This document shows positions 30,001-36,888 of a stretch of DNA of 64,000 nucleotides, piece after piece (the stretch's first letter is position 1; every line of letters starts with the position of its first letter). Origin of the DNA: Thermoplasmata archaeon. GTDB lineage: Archaea; Thermoplasmatota; DTKX01; VGTL01. Both the position numbers and the translations under genes were made by a program. Below the pieces are notes generated by a model that was not told the DNA's origin, ran no database searches, and was given only the letters and a program-made list of their open reading frames with translations. The stretch is from assembly GCA_038851035.1 (NCBI GenBank), contig JAWCLH010000013.1, forward strand, positions 10,970-74,969, in the 5' to 3' direction.

Positions 30001-30583
30001 CGAGCGTCTCGTTGGTCAGGGGGGTGTTCAGGTTCTCGTCCACTGGGGCCCCGTGCCTCAAAATCTCTATGTCCCCAGGACCGAGTCCTACGTCTGGCAG
30101 TAGGGCAGATATGGCCCCTCCTTGGAGAATTCTGTCGAATATGATGGCCGGGGCTTTTATATCAACTATCTGGAGCCGGAGGGTGTCGTCAGGATCTGCG
30201 GTGAATGGGTGGGACCAGCTCTCGCCCGTCTCCAATCTGCCGTCGGATGGGTGGCCGTCGCTGACGCTCAGGGAGCTCGAGAGGGTGTCATTGAGGAAAA
30301 TATTGAACCGGGTGCTGGAGTTGTCGAGAGGGTCGCCTCCGAGGTGCTTGACGAGGATCTCAGCGCCGTCGTAGGTTGCCTCGAGCGAGGCCATCGTCTT
30401 TTCCGGCGGCTGCTCCACAGTGCCCATCTGGAGGGCGAGGGCGGATATCATGACCACTGCGATGCTGACGAGGAGGATATCGCCCACTATCTCAGACACA
30501 CCCGCCGCTTCTCGGTTGAGCGCCGGTCTTGCCGAACGTACCGCGCGCAAGTCATCCCCTCCAACCATAGCGCTATCAGTCAT
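24020..30583 (-). CDS. giant (2187 aa) type-IV-pilin-like adhesin with VWA domain (paralog A, first gene of operon)
   Basis: N-terminus REAAGVSEIVGDILLVSIAVVMISALALQM (class III signal). VWA MIDAS motif VDCTIIIDRSGSMGGQ. CARDB/MAM-like repeats. C-terminal ...VYIDDIKVVGNTTTG followed by an acidic G/A-rich tail that includes a hydrophobic stretch MMLGPLGLVAVPATPALV. Confidence 0.8.
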   Translation of the reverse strand: MTDSAMVGGDDLRAVRSARPALNREAAGVSEIVGDILLVSIAVVMISALALQMGTVEQPPEKTMASLEATYDGAEILVKHLGGDPLDNSSTRFNIFLNDTLSSSLSVSDGHPSDGRLETGESWSHPFTADPDDTLRLQIVDIKAPAIIFDRILQGGAISALLPDVGLGPGDIEILRHGAPVDENLNTPLTNETLVINATIHNYGGSGVPGVRVRMSDYSSLDRLSIDFANITIPWLGAGNSTRVSASYRIQNGSWGMHSLTVKIIPFHNESRFSNNNAVVQYRVGYPVIATSPTRPYLVVKSIEFSDEHPVHGSTVIISSKIVNQGGVPAYATVRFYDGSYSRLIGELTGVGIPVGGETISTAFWKTGSGGLHTIIVNATEPNGTGGEASRELEVMPTILLVDDDRAAEGSVRDVVTPMSAALESVGATYTTHVVAGGDGPRYDSGEHPMRDFDLVIWMTGFEDTTTLTPNDQMELIKYLINGHGKLWLIGQGILSDLGLSNAFLVSILNVDPIATLPSYLDAGTPDPVVGTGILPGASFNISTPYPPGLLNKGDFVEPRPFAASALVEAVAPNRPVGILFNATTNMTPGVETYTSAFFSFELTRMKRPSERSILTYTMLEWFNCSARWGRDLSISEQEFNITTPTFMDQVNITVLVRNNGLSDEPPSFLNPILQLGFYIDGKAFDPARVTVENSTQLWEFDLATSELWIPQNTPHPSLVVPGRGGYLKVSMVWVADQVGLHTVTVKVDPYDYIEEINELNNKVASAVANEVIFVRYGTLLVDDDGSANNGGTLYNATQNVSRAVNALGYDFDVCVVPTGADGPDLNKMSQYNAIIWCAGESPDALTANDRSNLQDFLKKGDGRGLWLIGQKAVLPGDYSSGSDPFCRDFLRVALVSDPASHTPSTIEGVYMDPVTHGISYPAQPTFTDKGGLLVPYIDGHGILFQSPLASASSERNLCDAEDGSTARWFARVVPPGTTASIYNVQDTSRGSRVILLNRTGASVQSTVFIIGDFSATNNQNPNDLFWDERSRLTARWSFSFQVEASFGWHVTDTTNAHRTLFYSTSDANIPGPNPVFGLGSWTMDGSWHSVTRDLTEDLRHGTGNMGLGIKSVDGFEVWIGEGEGRVDGISLCRPFNSVRHDNATHNFRSVWTAWDASFISYDGNDNYLSELTYLVMRWFHFYESRTELRVTSMDLYYSGMVPLREMKPMLGESYVLKAMVWNLGGTRGDAVVRFTDGTTVIDSVTVSVEANGRAMAEIVWRPLFAGSRVIGATVDPDNAVSETMKFNNVAGVGLDCYFFYDDLESGTKNWRHEATVLRINGESALEYLDPGVANTNIIQGWQEMDGWYNTTDNASLPNITSVYRSWPRAFYMHESRQDIRRPVDCTIIIDRSGSMGGQKIQDAKNAAMFFITQLESIDRISVWSFSSGVTMDLGFTFNKSACINTIKELSAGGWTAGWTAMSQGTNYTIQNSRPGAMRAVVFLTDGQFNYDNPPYTRDYTLALIATMHGPLFTIGLGGDVNTANLQDAADASEGGSYYYAPTSDQLLQIYSQIAQVIQQLAQTLGRSTPEGGALERGQVTVFYDSFENATPVWTTVNGGAAGSQWVRHSGIKHNGSFAYRSFNTGTGNYDNNDNNSLISPVFDLSGRQNPRLAFWSCPDLGNNGDWCRVYVSNNGGTSWTQVWSTNKDSNNWQYECYIDLTAGGAVTPTSSMVLRFQFTSDGSSVATGWVVDEVLVTSDVPLAGEGIRYWMNGDETPRDRNLTTKTFSLAGVSSAKLTFWHKYDLKAGANGGVLMVGTAASESGPYTYRYITPTQPYTGNLQIAQWGTPHLKDGFGNDIRWCWNGVSGSGRFTWDYVEADLTPFIGNQFVRIRFAYFYCTGGTGMGWAIDDIEVRVERANAVPVSASVPDQWELVRKGDALGGGGDIADAYSGERAWLCHSPSPGIDYLAAGIDNSLTTIPIDLTNALDARLDARLKFNINSLDGRPPDGLRVEVSSDNGITWRALNRGVRSGWKVSGTEAAGPDGTSATGVDLGGNWVASGTMSRLNCDLSGWAGSVILLRFRVVTRTDIADHYHSALAGFGGVYIDDIKVVGNTTTGGRAAGPVERSVTSACHSGAEAEEEVGAGGKVCYGDEGADSRPVESSGPDPASGEEGAGLRGMMLGPLGLVAVPATPALVRPRGGEME

Positions 30584-30660
30584 CTTTGGGGGAGTATAAC
30601 TACATTGGCCGAATTTATTCTGAATAAATGGTTAAATAGCGAGGAAGCGATTAGAGCCCC
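30584..30660. promoter_or_regulatory. 77-bp divergent promoter region with palindromic TATA-like element
   Basis: Only AT-rich patch between giant-operon start (30583, minus) and regulator start (30661, plus). Perfect 7-1-7 palindrome TTTATTC-T-GAATAAA (30614-30628). A TTAAATA box sits ~26 nt upstream of the plus gene and an AATAAATT box ~27 nt upstream of the minus gene, so both transcripts are probably leaderless. Confidence 0.5.
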
Positions 30661-33228
30661 GTGAGCGCGGGGCTTGCGCTTTGGATGCGAATTCTGCTCC
30701 ACCTATCAGCCCACGAAGCGCGTGGTGAGGGATACGAATTGCCCGTCGAGCTCACGCAGCAGGGCATTGCGGAGGCTCTGGCAGTCAGGCAGAGCGACGT
30801 CTCGCGCGCTCTTGCAAGGATGAAGCAAGATGGACAGGTGGAGGAGAGGAGCGCACTGGTTGGGCCTTCACGGAGGGGCCGGAAGCAGAGGCTCAAGGCC
30901 TATCTCCTCACCGAGCGGGGAAGGCACACCTCGAAGGAACTGAGCGCGCGGCTGGCCTCAATGGAGGTGAGAATTCCCCCACGGCCCGGTGAGGCTGAGG
31001 GCAAGTCCGTCAGGCTGGGGGAAGTGAATGCCCTTCTAGGCACGGGCCACTCCCTGCTGAGGCTAGCGGACATGGTCTCGCCTGACGGAACCCTCATCCT
31101 GAGTCCCCCGGCCGCTCGCGCGCCCCCATCCCAGCCATCGGCCCCGGAGCCCCACTTCTTCGGCAGGGAGGAGGAGCTGAGGGCCCTGCGCGAGTGGCTC
31201 GGCTCCGCGGGTGAGACGGCGATGGCCGTTATCGGCATCCCGGGGATGGGAAAGACCGCACTGGCCCTGAGGCTCGCCGCCGAGCTCGGCGCCCAAAGGG
31301 CCTTTTATTTTCAGGTCCGTCCCTATCCATCCTACGGCCAGTTCCTAACAGCCCTCCGGGACTTCCTCGTCTCCTCAGGGAGGAGGAGGCTGGCGCAGCT
31401 CCTCCAGCGCTCCCGCTCGCCCTCTCCGGATGAGGTCCTCGGGGCGCTCTCACGGGACCTGGAGGGCTTGGGCGCCCTAATCATTCTCGACGATTTTCAG
31501 GAGGCGACGGGGCAGCCGGAGCTCTGGACCCTCGCGCAGGAGCTCCCCCGCCTACTCAGCAGCCTGGCCACGCCGTCGAAGCTCCTGCTCCTCTCACAAA
31601 TCTCGCCCGGCCTCTCCCTCATGCCGAGGGACGGCGCCGAGAAGCCCCTGAGGGAGCTCAGGCTCAACGGTCTGGACGAGGAGAGCTCTAGGAGGCTCGC
31701 GAGTTCATCGGGAGTGCCGGAGAGTGAGCTGGACGGGGTCTACAGGCTGACGAGGGGCCACCCGCTCTCGATAAAGTTACTTGGAGGAGCGGGGCCGGTC
31801 CCCCTCAGGAGAACCGACGCCCGTCGCTTCATCCAGGAGGAAGTGATAGGTAGGCTACCGGCGGGTGAGAGAATTCTCCTGCAAACGCTCTCCATACTCA
31901 GGCGGCCCGAGGGTATTGACACGGTGCTCGCCCTGAGCGACGACCCGCTCGCGTTCGATGCTCTCAGCTCCTTGGTCTCCAGAGGGCTAGTCTCGCTCTC
32001 CAGCGGCATGTACTCCGTCCACGAGATGGTCAGGGAGATGGCATACGAGAGAATTCCCCTCCAGACCCGCAAGGAGCTGCATAGGAGGGCGGCGGCTTAC
32101 TACTCCGGAAACGGTGGGGCCGAGGCCGGGCCAGAGGCCGTCTACCACTATTGCAGAGCGGGCGACCACGAGCGCGCCGCCCTCCTCCTTCTCTCGCTTG
32201 GAGGTGAGCTGATATCCGAGGGCCGGCTGGAGGAGTGCCGGGCCCTTTTGGACATGGTTGATGCCGGCGAGCACGGCCAGCAGGAGGGCCTGAGCCGGCT
32301 GAGGGAGAGCCTGCTCGACGAGTACGGGGAGTGGGACGCGGGCCACGAGTATCTCTTCCAGATGTCCATTCTCTCGCGGGCGGCGGGCTGTGGAATTCAG
32401 GCGCCGGGGAGGCTGGTGAGGAGCGAGAGGGAGTGGGCTGCGGCGCTCGAGGACCACGAGCGCGGTCTCGGGGTCCTCCGGAGGGCTGGGGACAAGGACG
32501 GCCAGTGCGAGCTCCTGCTAAGCCTCGGATGGATAAGGATGATGAGGGCTGAGCTCGAGCGCGCGGAGGAGGCCTACAGGACCGTCCTGAGCATGGCCCG
32601 AAGGACCCATTGCAAGGAGGCCGCCCTGAAGGCTAGAATCGGGCTGGGGCACATCGCGTGGCTCACACACAAGAGGAGCGAGGCTGACGCAAGCTACAGG
32701 GCCGCTCTGAGGGCAATGGCGGGCCGGAAGAACGCCGGGTTGCGGGTCGCCTGCCTGAACCACCTCGCCTGTCTGGCGGAGCCGAGGGATGAGAGGGGGC
32801 TCAAGAGAGCTGTTGCACTACTAGAGAGGGCGCTGGCCCTCTGCGGCGCCGGAGGACACCGGCGCGAGAGGGCCTACACCCTCCTCCATCTCGGGAGGCT
32901 CAGGCTGCTCAGGGGGGAGAGGGCTGAGGCGGGCCGCCTTCTTGAATCGGCGCTGGCCGAGTTCCGCGGAATCGGGGACACTCACGGGGTTGTGTATGCG
33001 GAGCTAGCGCTCGCTCTACGTGCGCTCGACGCTGGAGAAACGGCTGTTGCTCGGGAATGGGCCTCGGCGGCGCTACAGGACGCCCCCTCCGCCCGCCTCC
33101 CAGGAGTCCGCGAGTGCGCTGTAAAACTTATCGGCCTCGCGAACCGGGGTGCGGGGGTCGGGGGAGTGGCGCGGGTGACTGGAGAGGGTGAATGTGATGG
33201 GAGCGGTAAGGGAGAGTGCCCTCGTTAA
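30661..33228 (+). CDS. wHTH - STAND (NB-ARC-like P-loop NTPase) - TPR transcriptional regulator
   Basis: N-terminal winged-helix (LTQQGIAEALAVRQSDVSRALARM). Walker A GIPGMGKTALAL and Walker B LIILDDFQEA. GxP motif LTRGHPLSIKLLG characteristic of STAND/NB-ARC. C-terminal ~350 aa of TPR-like helical repeats. GTG start. Confidence 0.75.
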   Translation: MSAGLALWMRILLHLSAHEARGEGYELPVELTQQGIAEALAVRQSDVSRALARMKQDGQVEERSALVGPSRRGRKQRLKAYLLTERGRHTSKELSARLASMEVRIPPRPGEAEGKSVRLGEVNALLGTGHSLLRLADMVSPDGTLILSPPAARAPPSQPSAPEPHFFGREEELRALREWLGSAGETAMAVIGIPGMGKTALALRLAAELGAQRAFYFQVRPYPSYGQFLTALRDFLVSSGRRRLAQLLQRSRSPSPDEVLGALSRDLEGLGALIILDDFQEATGQPELWTLAQELPRLLSSLATPSKLLLLSQISPGLSLMPRDGAEKPLRELRLNGLDEESSRRLASSSGVPESELDGVYRLTRGHPLSIKLLGGAGPVPLRRTDARRFIQEEVIGRLPAGERILLQTLSILRRPEGIDTVLALSDDPLAFDALSSLVSRGLVSLSSGMYSVHEMVREMAYERIPLQTRKELHRRAAAYYSGNGGAEAGPEAVYHYCRAGDHERAALLLLSLGGELISEGRLEECRALLDMVDAGEHGQQEGLSRLRESLLDEYGEWDAGHEYLFQMSILSRAAGCGIQAPGRLVRSEREWAAALEDHERGLGVLRRAGDKDGQCELLLSLGWIRMMRAELERAEEAYRTVLSMARRTHCKEAALKARIGLGHIAWLTHKRSEADASYRAALRAMAGRKNAGLRVACLNHLACLAEPRDERGLKRAVALLERALALCGAGGHRRERAYTLLHLGRLRLLRGERAEAGRLLESALAEFRGIGDTHGVVYAELALALRALDAGETAVAREWASAALQDAPSARLPGVRECAVKLIGLANRGAGVGGVARVTGEGECDGSGKGECPR

Positions 33229-33739
33229 GAAGGTCTGCGTCCTAGGGGACCCCGCGGTTGGGAAGACCAGCCTCGTCTCCAGATTCGTCACAAGGCAGTT
33301 CGGCGAGGAGTACGTATCGACGATTGGGGCCTCAGTCTGCGAGAAGAGTGTGAGGGTTGGGGATGGTCCTGCGACGCCGGTGGTGAGGCTGGTTCTTTGG
33401 GACATCGCGGGACAGTGCCAGTTCACCAGTGTCACACCCGGCTTTTACAGGGGCGCCGAGGGCGCGCTGCTGGTCTGCGACCTGACCCGGAGGGAGACCC
33501 TACGCAACCTGTTCCAGTGGGACCACAGGTTGCGCCGGACCGCCTCGCCCCGAGCGGTACTCGTTCTTTTCAATAAGAGCGATCTGAGTGCGGAGTGGGA
33601 GGTCTCGAGGGAGGAGGCGGAGGCGGTCGCCGGAAGGCTGAGCTGCCCCCATCTCTTCACCAGCGCCAGAACGGGAGAGAACGTCGAGGAGGCATTCACG
33701 GAGCTCGCGAGGAACCTCGCGCGACACCGAGGCCCTTGA
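33188..33739 (+). CDS. Ras superfamily small GTPase (Rab-like)
   Basis: G1 GDPAVGKTS, switch I YVSTIGAS (Rab-like T-I-G), G3 WDIAGQ, G4 NKSD, G5 FTSAR(T). Size ~180 aa. 5' end overlaps the 3' end of the STAND regulator gene by ~40 nt (the true start may be the internal ATG at ~33197). Confidence 0.8.
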   Translation: MNVMGAVRESALVKKVCVLGDPAVGKTSLVSRFVTRQFGEEYVSTIGASVCEKSVRVGDGPATPVVRLVLWDIAGQCQFTSVTPGFYRGAEGALLVCDLTRRETLRNLFQWDHRLRRTASPRAVLVLFNKSDLSAEWEVSREEAEAVAGRLSCPHLFTSARTGENVEEAFTELARNLARHRGP

Positions 33740-33804
33740 CCGACGTCCACTCCGCGGTCGCTCGGGCACCATCGCGGGGTCGTGAAAGGGCTTCCCGCGC
33801 CCTC

Positions 33805-34299
33805 CTACCCATTGCCCACGATCTGGACCAGCATGCTCCTCTTGCGGGGCCTAGTGTCCAGCTCTATGAAGACCACGCTCTGCCACGTCCCGAGGGGAAG
33901 AGACCCCTCGCGCACGGGGAGCGAGACGCTTGGGCCTATCAGGGCGGCCCGCACGTGGGAGTGCCCGTTACCATCCCCCCACTTCAAGTGGTGCCTATAC
34001 TCGATGCCCTTCGGGGCGATTCTCTGGAGGGCCTCCCGAAGGTCTTCTAACGCGCCGGGCTCGAACTCCATCGTCGTTAACGCGCCTGTGGCACCCGGAA
34101 CGAATACCGTGGCGATTCCTTCGTGAATTCCCGAGTCCCTCACCAACCTGTGGAGCTCTTCCGTGATGTTGACGATGTCACCCTCGCCCTCTGTCTGAAT
34201 TCGTATCTCGCCCGAGTGGACCCGAAAAGCCCTCTGGTCCTCGGGACCATTCCGGGAAATCGCCTCGCCCCCCTCGTCCATTTTGCGCTTTCCGGACAT
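33805..34299 (-). CDS. YjbQ/UPF0047 family protein (secondary thiamine-phosphate synthase-like)
   Basis: Conserved ...GNGHSHVRAALIGPS...PV..G.L.LGTWQ.V.F.ELD..PR.R motifs of the UPF0047/YjbQ family; ~140-aa core. Confidence 0.7.
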   Translation of the reverse strand: MSGKRKMDEGGEAISRNGPEDQRAFRVHSGEIRIQTEGEGDIVNITEELHRLVRDSGIHEGIATVFVPGATGALTTMEFEPGALEDLREALQRIAPKGIEYRHHLKWGDGNGHSHVRAALIGPSVSLPVREGSLPLGTWQSVVFIELDTRPRKRSMLVQIVGNG

Positions 34300-34316
34300 C
34301 GGACCACCGGAGCCTC

Positions 34317-35405
34317 TCAGGCCAGGAGGACCTCGCAGAGCGCACGCGCCTGCAGGAGCCCGTACCCGTAGTGGTCGTCGTGGGGAACGGACTGGCCCTC
34401 CGCCGCCAGCGCGGTTTCCATGAGTGCCTCCTTGAATTTAATTATTGTGGTCTCTCCCCCATTCCTCTCCTGCTGGTATTCTGGTCTGGCCTCCAGAACC
34501 AGCGCGAGGGCGGCAGACACGAATGCCGTGGCGTGCGAAGTCCCGCTGGCGAATTGATGGCCCCCGCCCGGGACCGCGCACCAGATGTCGACACCGGGCG
34601 CCACAACCTCGGGCTTCTTATTCGGATCCTGCCGGGGGAGGATGGGAGGGAAAAGGGAGCCCCTGTTCGCTCCCGCAGAGCTGAAGGGCGCGATTTTTCC
34701 GTGCCTGTCCACGGCCCCGACTGCGATCACAAGAGCCACACTGGCTGGACTCGCAACTTCGCCATCGTCTGACTCCCCATCGTTGTCGGCCGCGGCGACG
34801 ACCAGCGTCCCCCAAGACAGTGCTTCCTTCACAGCCCTTTCCGTTTCGGTCCCGAGTAGCGGAATTCTTCCCCCGCCCAGTGACAGCGATATTATGTCTG
34901 CAGCGTCCCTCCTGTCGCCATCGCCGTCCGGGTCTAGGGCGCGGCGCACGGCTTCAGCCACCCTTGCGTCTGTGCTCGTGCCGTCGGAGCGGATGGCTTT
35001 CACAATGTAAAGGCTCGCGTTCGGCGCGCCCCCCCAGACACCGGCGATGATGCCCGCCATCATCGTCCCATGGCCGCCGTCGTCATAGGGCACGGGCTCG
35101 CCGTTGACGAGGTCAAGCCAGCCCAATATGGAAAGGTTCCGGAGGTCCGGGTGGGATAGGTCCACGCCTGTGTCCACGAGCGCTATGACGACGCCCCTGC
35201 CGCTGTAGCCCATTGCCTGAAGCTCGTCAATCTGAACGGCCTCGAGCGCCCAGAGCGAGGGGCCGGGAGGTGGTGTCTCGGCCGGCCTTTTCTTCACGCA
35301 ACCCGAGAGCGGTGGATAGCTCGCGGCCGCGAGTAGGATGAGGCAAAGGATGAGCGCTCCTGACCTTCTGCCGGCGAGCATAGCGACCATATGAATCCCC
35401 ATCAA
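34317..35405 (-). CDS. secreted subtilisin-like serine protease (S8)
   Basis: Catalytic triad motifs ALVDTGVD (Asp), HGTMMAGIIAG (His) and GTSHATAFVSAALAL (Ser). N-terminal signal peptide with LSGC lipobox-like site. Confidence 0.8.
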   Translation of the reverse strand: MMGIHMVAMLAGRRSGALILCLILLAAASYPPLSGCVKKRPAETPPPGPSLWALEAVQIDELQAMGYSGRGVVIALVDTGVDLSHPDLRNLSILGWLDLVNGEPVPYDDGGHGTMMAGIIAGVWGGAPNASLYIVKAIRSDGTSTDARVAEAVRRALDPDGDGDRRDAADIISLSLGGGRIPLLGTETERAVKEALSWGTLVVAAADNDGESDDGEVASPASVALVIAVGAVDRHGKIAPFSSAGANRGSLFPPILPRQDPNKKPEVVAPGVDIWCAVPGGGHQFASGTSHATAFVSAALALVLEARPEYQQERNGGETTIIKFKEALMETALAAEGQSVPHDDHYGYGLLQARALCEVLLA

Positions 35406-35451
35406 TCCCCCTTCTCTTAAAATTTATCTGCGGGAATTCTCATGGCGGGCC

Positions 35452-36714
35452 GTGGCCGGTGAGAGGCAATCCCGGGGAGTGGGGCAGAGGAGCGGAGATG
35501 TCGTGGGGGACGGGAGTACCGGGACAGAATTCTCGCCCGGGCATTCCAGCTCCCTCGTTGTCGGTGGCGGCTCCAGTCCAATTCCGGTCGCCGGGATGCG
35601 CGCTCAAATTCGCGGCCTGCCGCGAGGGAGTCTGAGGAGAGGTCCACTGCCGAGGGGCTGCGTCCTCTGCCAGAAAGGGGCCAAGATGGTGCTCCTTGTG
35701 ACCGGGAAGTGTGGGGCGCACTGCTGGTACTGCCCACTCTCGGCCGAAAAGAGGGGCAGGGACGTCGTATTCGCGGACGAGATGCGCGTCAGGCGCCCCG
35801 CTGATGTACTCCGCGAGGCTAGTATGATCGATGCAGAGGGAACTGGCATCACCGGCGGCGACCCGATGCTAGCACCCCGGAGGACGCTCTCGTTCATACG
35901 CCTTTTAAAGAAGCGCTTTGGAAGGGAGCATCACATCCACCTCTACACCGCCGGTCGCTTCAGCCCCCGCCTGATTCGCTCCCTCGCCCTCGCGGGCCTC
36001 GACGAGCTCCGCATCCACCCTCCTACCCCCCTCTGGAGGAGGTTTGGGAGGAGTCATCAGGCCCTCCTGCTCGGGACAGCAATTCGCGAGGGAATTCAAG
36101 CCGGCGCGGAGGTGCCGGCAATACCCGGGATGGAGGAAGAGCTCCTCGCCCTCGCAAGGTCCCTCGACGCGCTCGGGGCTCGCTTCCTCAACCTTAACGA
36201 ACTCGAGTACAGCGAGACAAACTTCCGTCAGCTGAACAGGAGGGGCTGGACGGTCAGGAGCGACGTGTCCAGCGCGGTGCTCGGGAGCGAGGAGACCGCG
36301 AGGAGGGTGGTTGAGAGGGCGGATGTGGAGATGGCACTCCACTATTGCTCCTCATCGTTCAAGGACGGGGTCCAGCTCAGGAGGAGAATTCTGCGAAGGG
36401 CTAGGAATGTCGCCCGGCCCTACCAGCTCATCACCTCCGAAGGAACCTTGCTGACTGGGATAATCGAGGGCCCGCCATCCATTCTGGCTTGGGTCAGGAG
36501 GGCCGGCGTTCCCACAGAGCTCTCCGCATATAACCGGAGAATGCGGAGGGTCGAGGCGGCGCCTTGGCTGCTCGAAGAGCTTGCGCCGCGGCTGCGCCAA
36601 ACGCTCTTGATGAGGGGCGGGAAGGGGAGGGCCAGGGTCGGGGGACCAAAGCTATTCATCGTGGAGGAGTATCCGACCGCCGATGGACTTGAGGTCGAGA
36701 GGACGCCGCTCTGA
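35452..36714 (+). CDS. radical SAM domain protein
   Basis: CGAHCWYC (Cx3Cx2C) cluster motif shortly after MVLLVTGK. The long ORF's first ~75 codons are Pro/Gly-rich and likely not coding; the true start is probably near 35680. Confidence 0.6.
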   Translation: MAGERQSRGVGQRSGDVVGDGSTGTEFSPGHSSSLVVGGGSSPIPVAGMRAQIRGLPRGSLRRGPLPRGCVLCQKGAKMVLLVTGKCGAHCWYCPLSAEKRGRDVVFADEMRVRRPADVLREASMIDAEGTGITGGDPMLAPRRTLSFIRLLKKRFGREHHIHLYTAGRFSPRLIRSLALAGLDELRIHPPTPLWRRFGRSHQALLLGTAIREGIQAGAEVPAIPGMEEELLALARSLDALGARFLNLNELEYSETNFRQLNRRGWTVRSDVSSAVLGSEETARRVVERADVEMALHYCSSSFKDGVQLRRRILRRARNVARPYQLITSEGTLLTGIIEGPPSILAWVRRAGVPTELSAYNRRMRRVEAAPWLLEELAPRLRQTLLMRGGKGRARVGGPKLFIVEEYPTADGLEVERTPL

Positions 36715-36888
36715 GCGCCCGAGCCGGAACCGCGAGCACCGCCGGGAAGGCGACCCAAAATTTCCCCCACAGACCCCCGGAGCAACGCCGCATATATGTC
36801 TCTGGACCCGCGGGCACGGGGGAGCCCCGGCGTGTCATCAACCAGCCGCTATACTCCGGTCGGCGCGGTCCCATGGAGCTCTGCCCAC

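Noticed and set aside
31987-33435. Minus-strand ORFs overlapping the STAND regulator and GTPase (31987-32457, 33073-33435, 33445-33772)
   Set aside because: Antisense to genes with unambiguous Walker/G-box motifs; low-complexity content.
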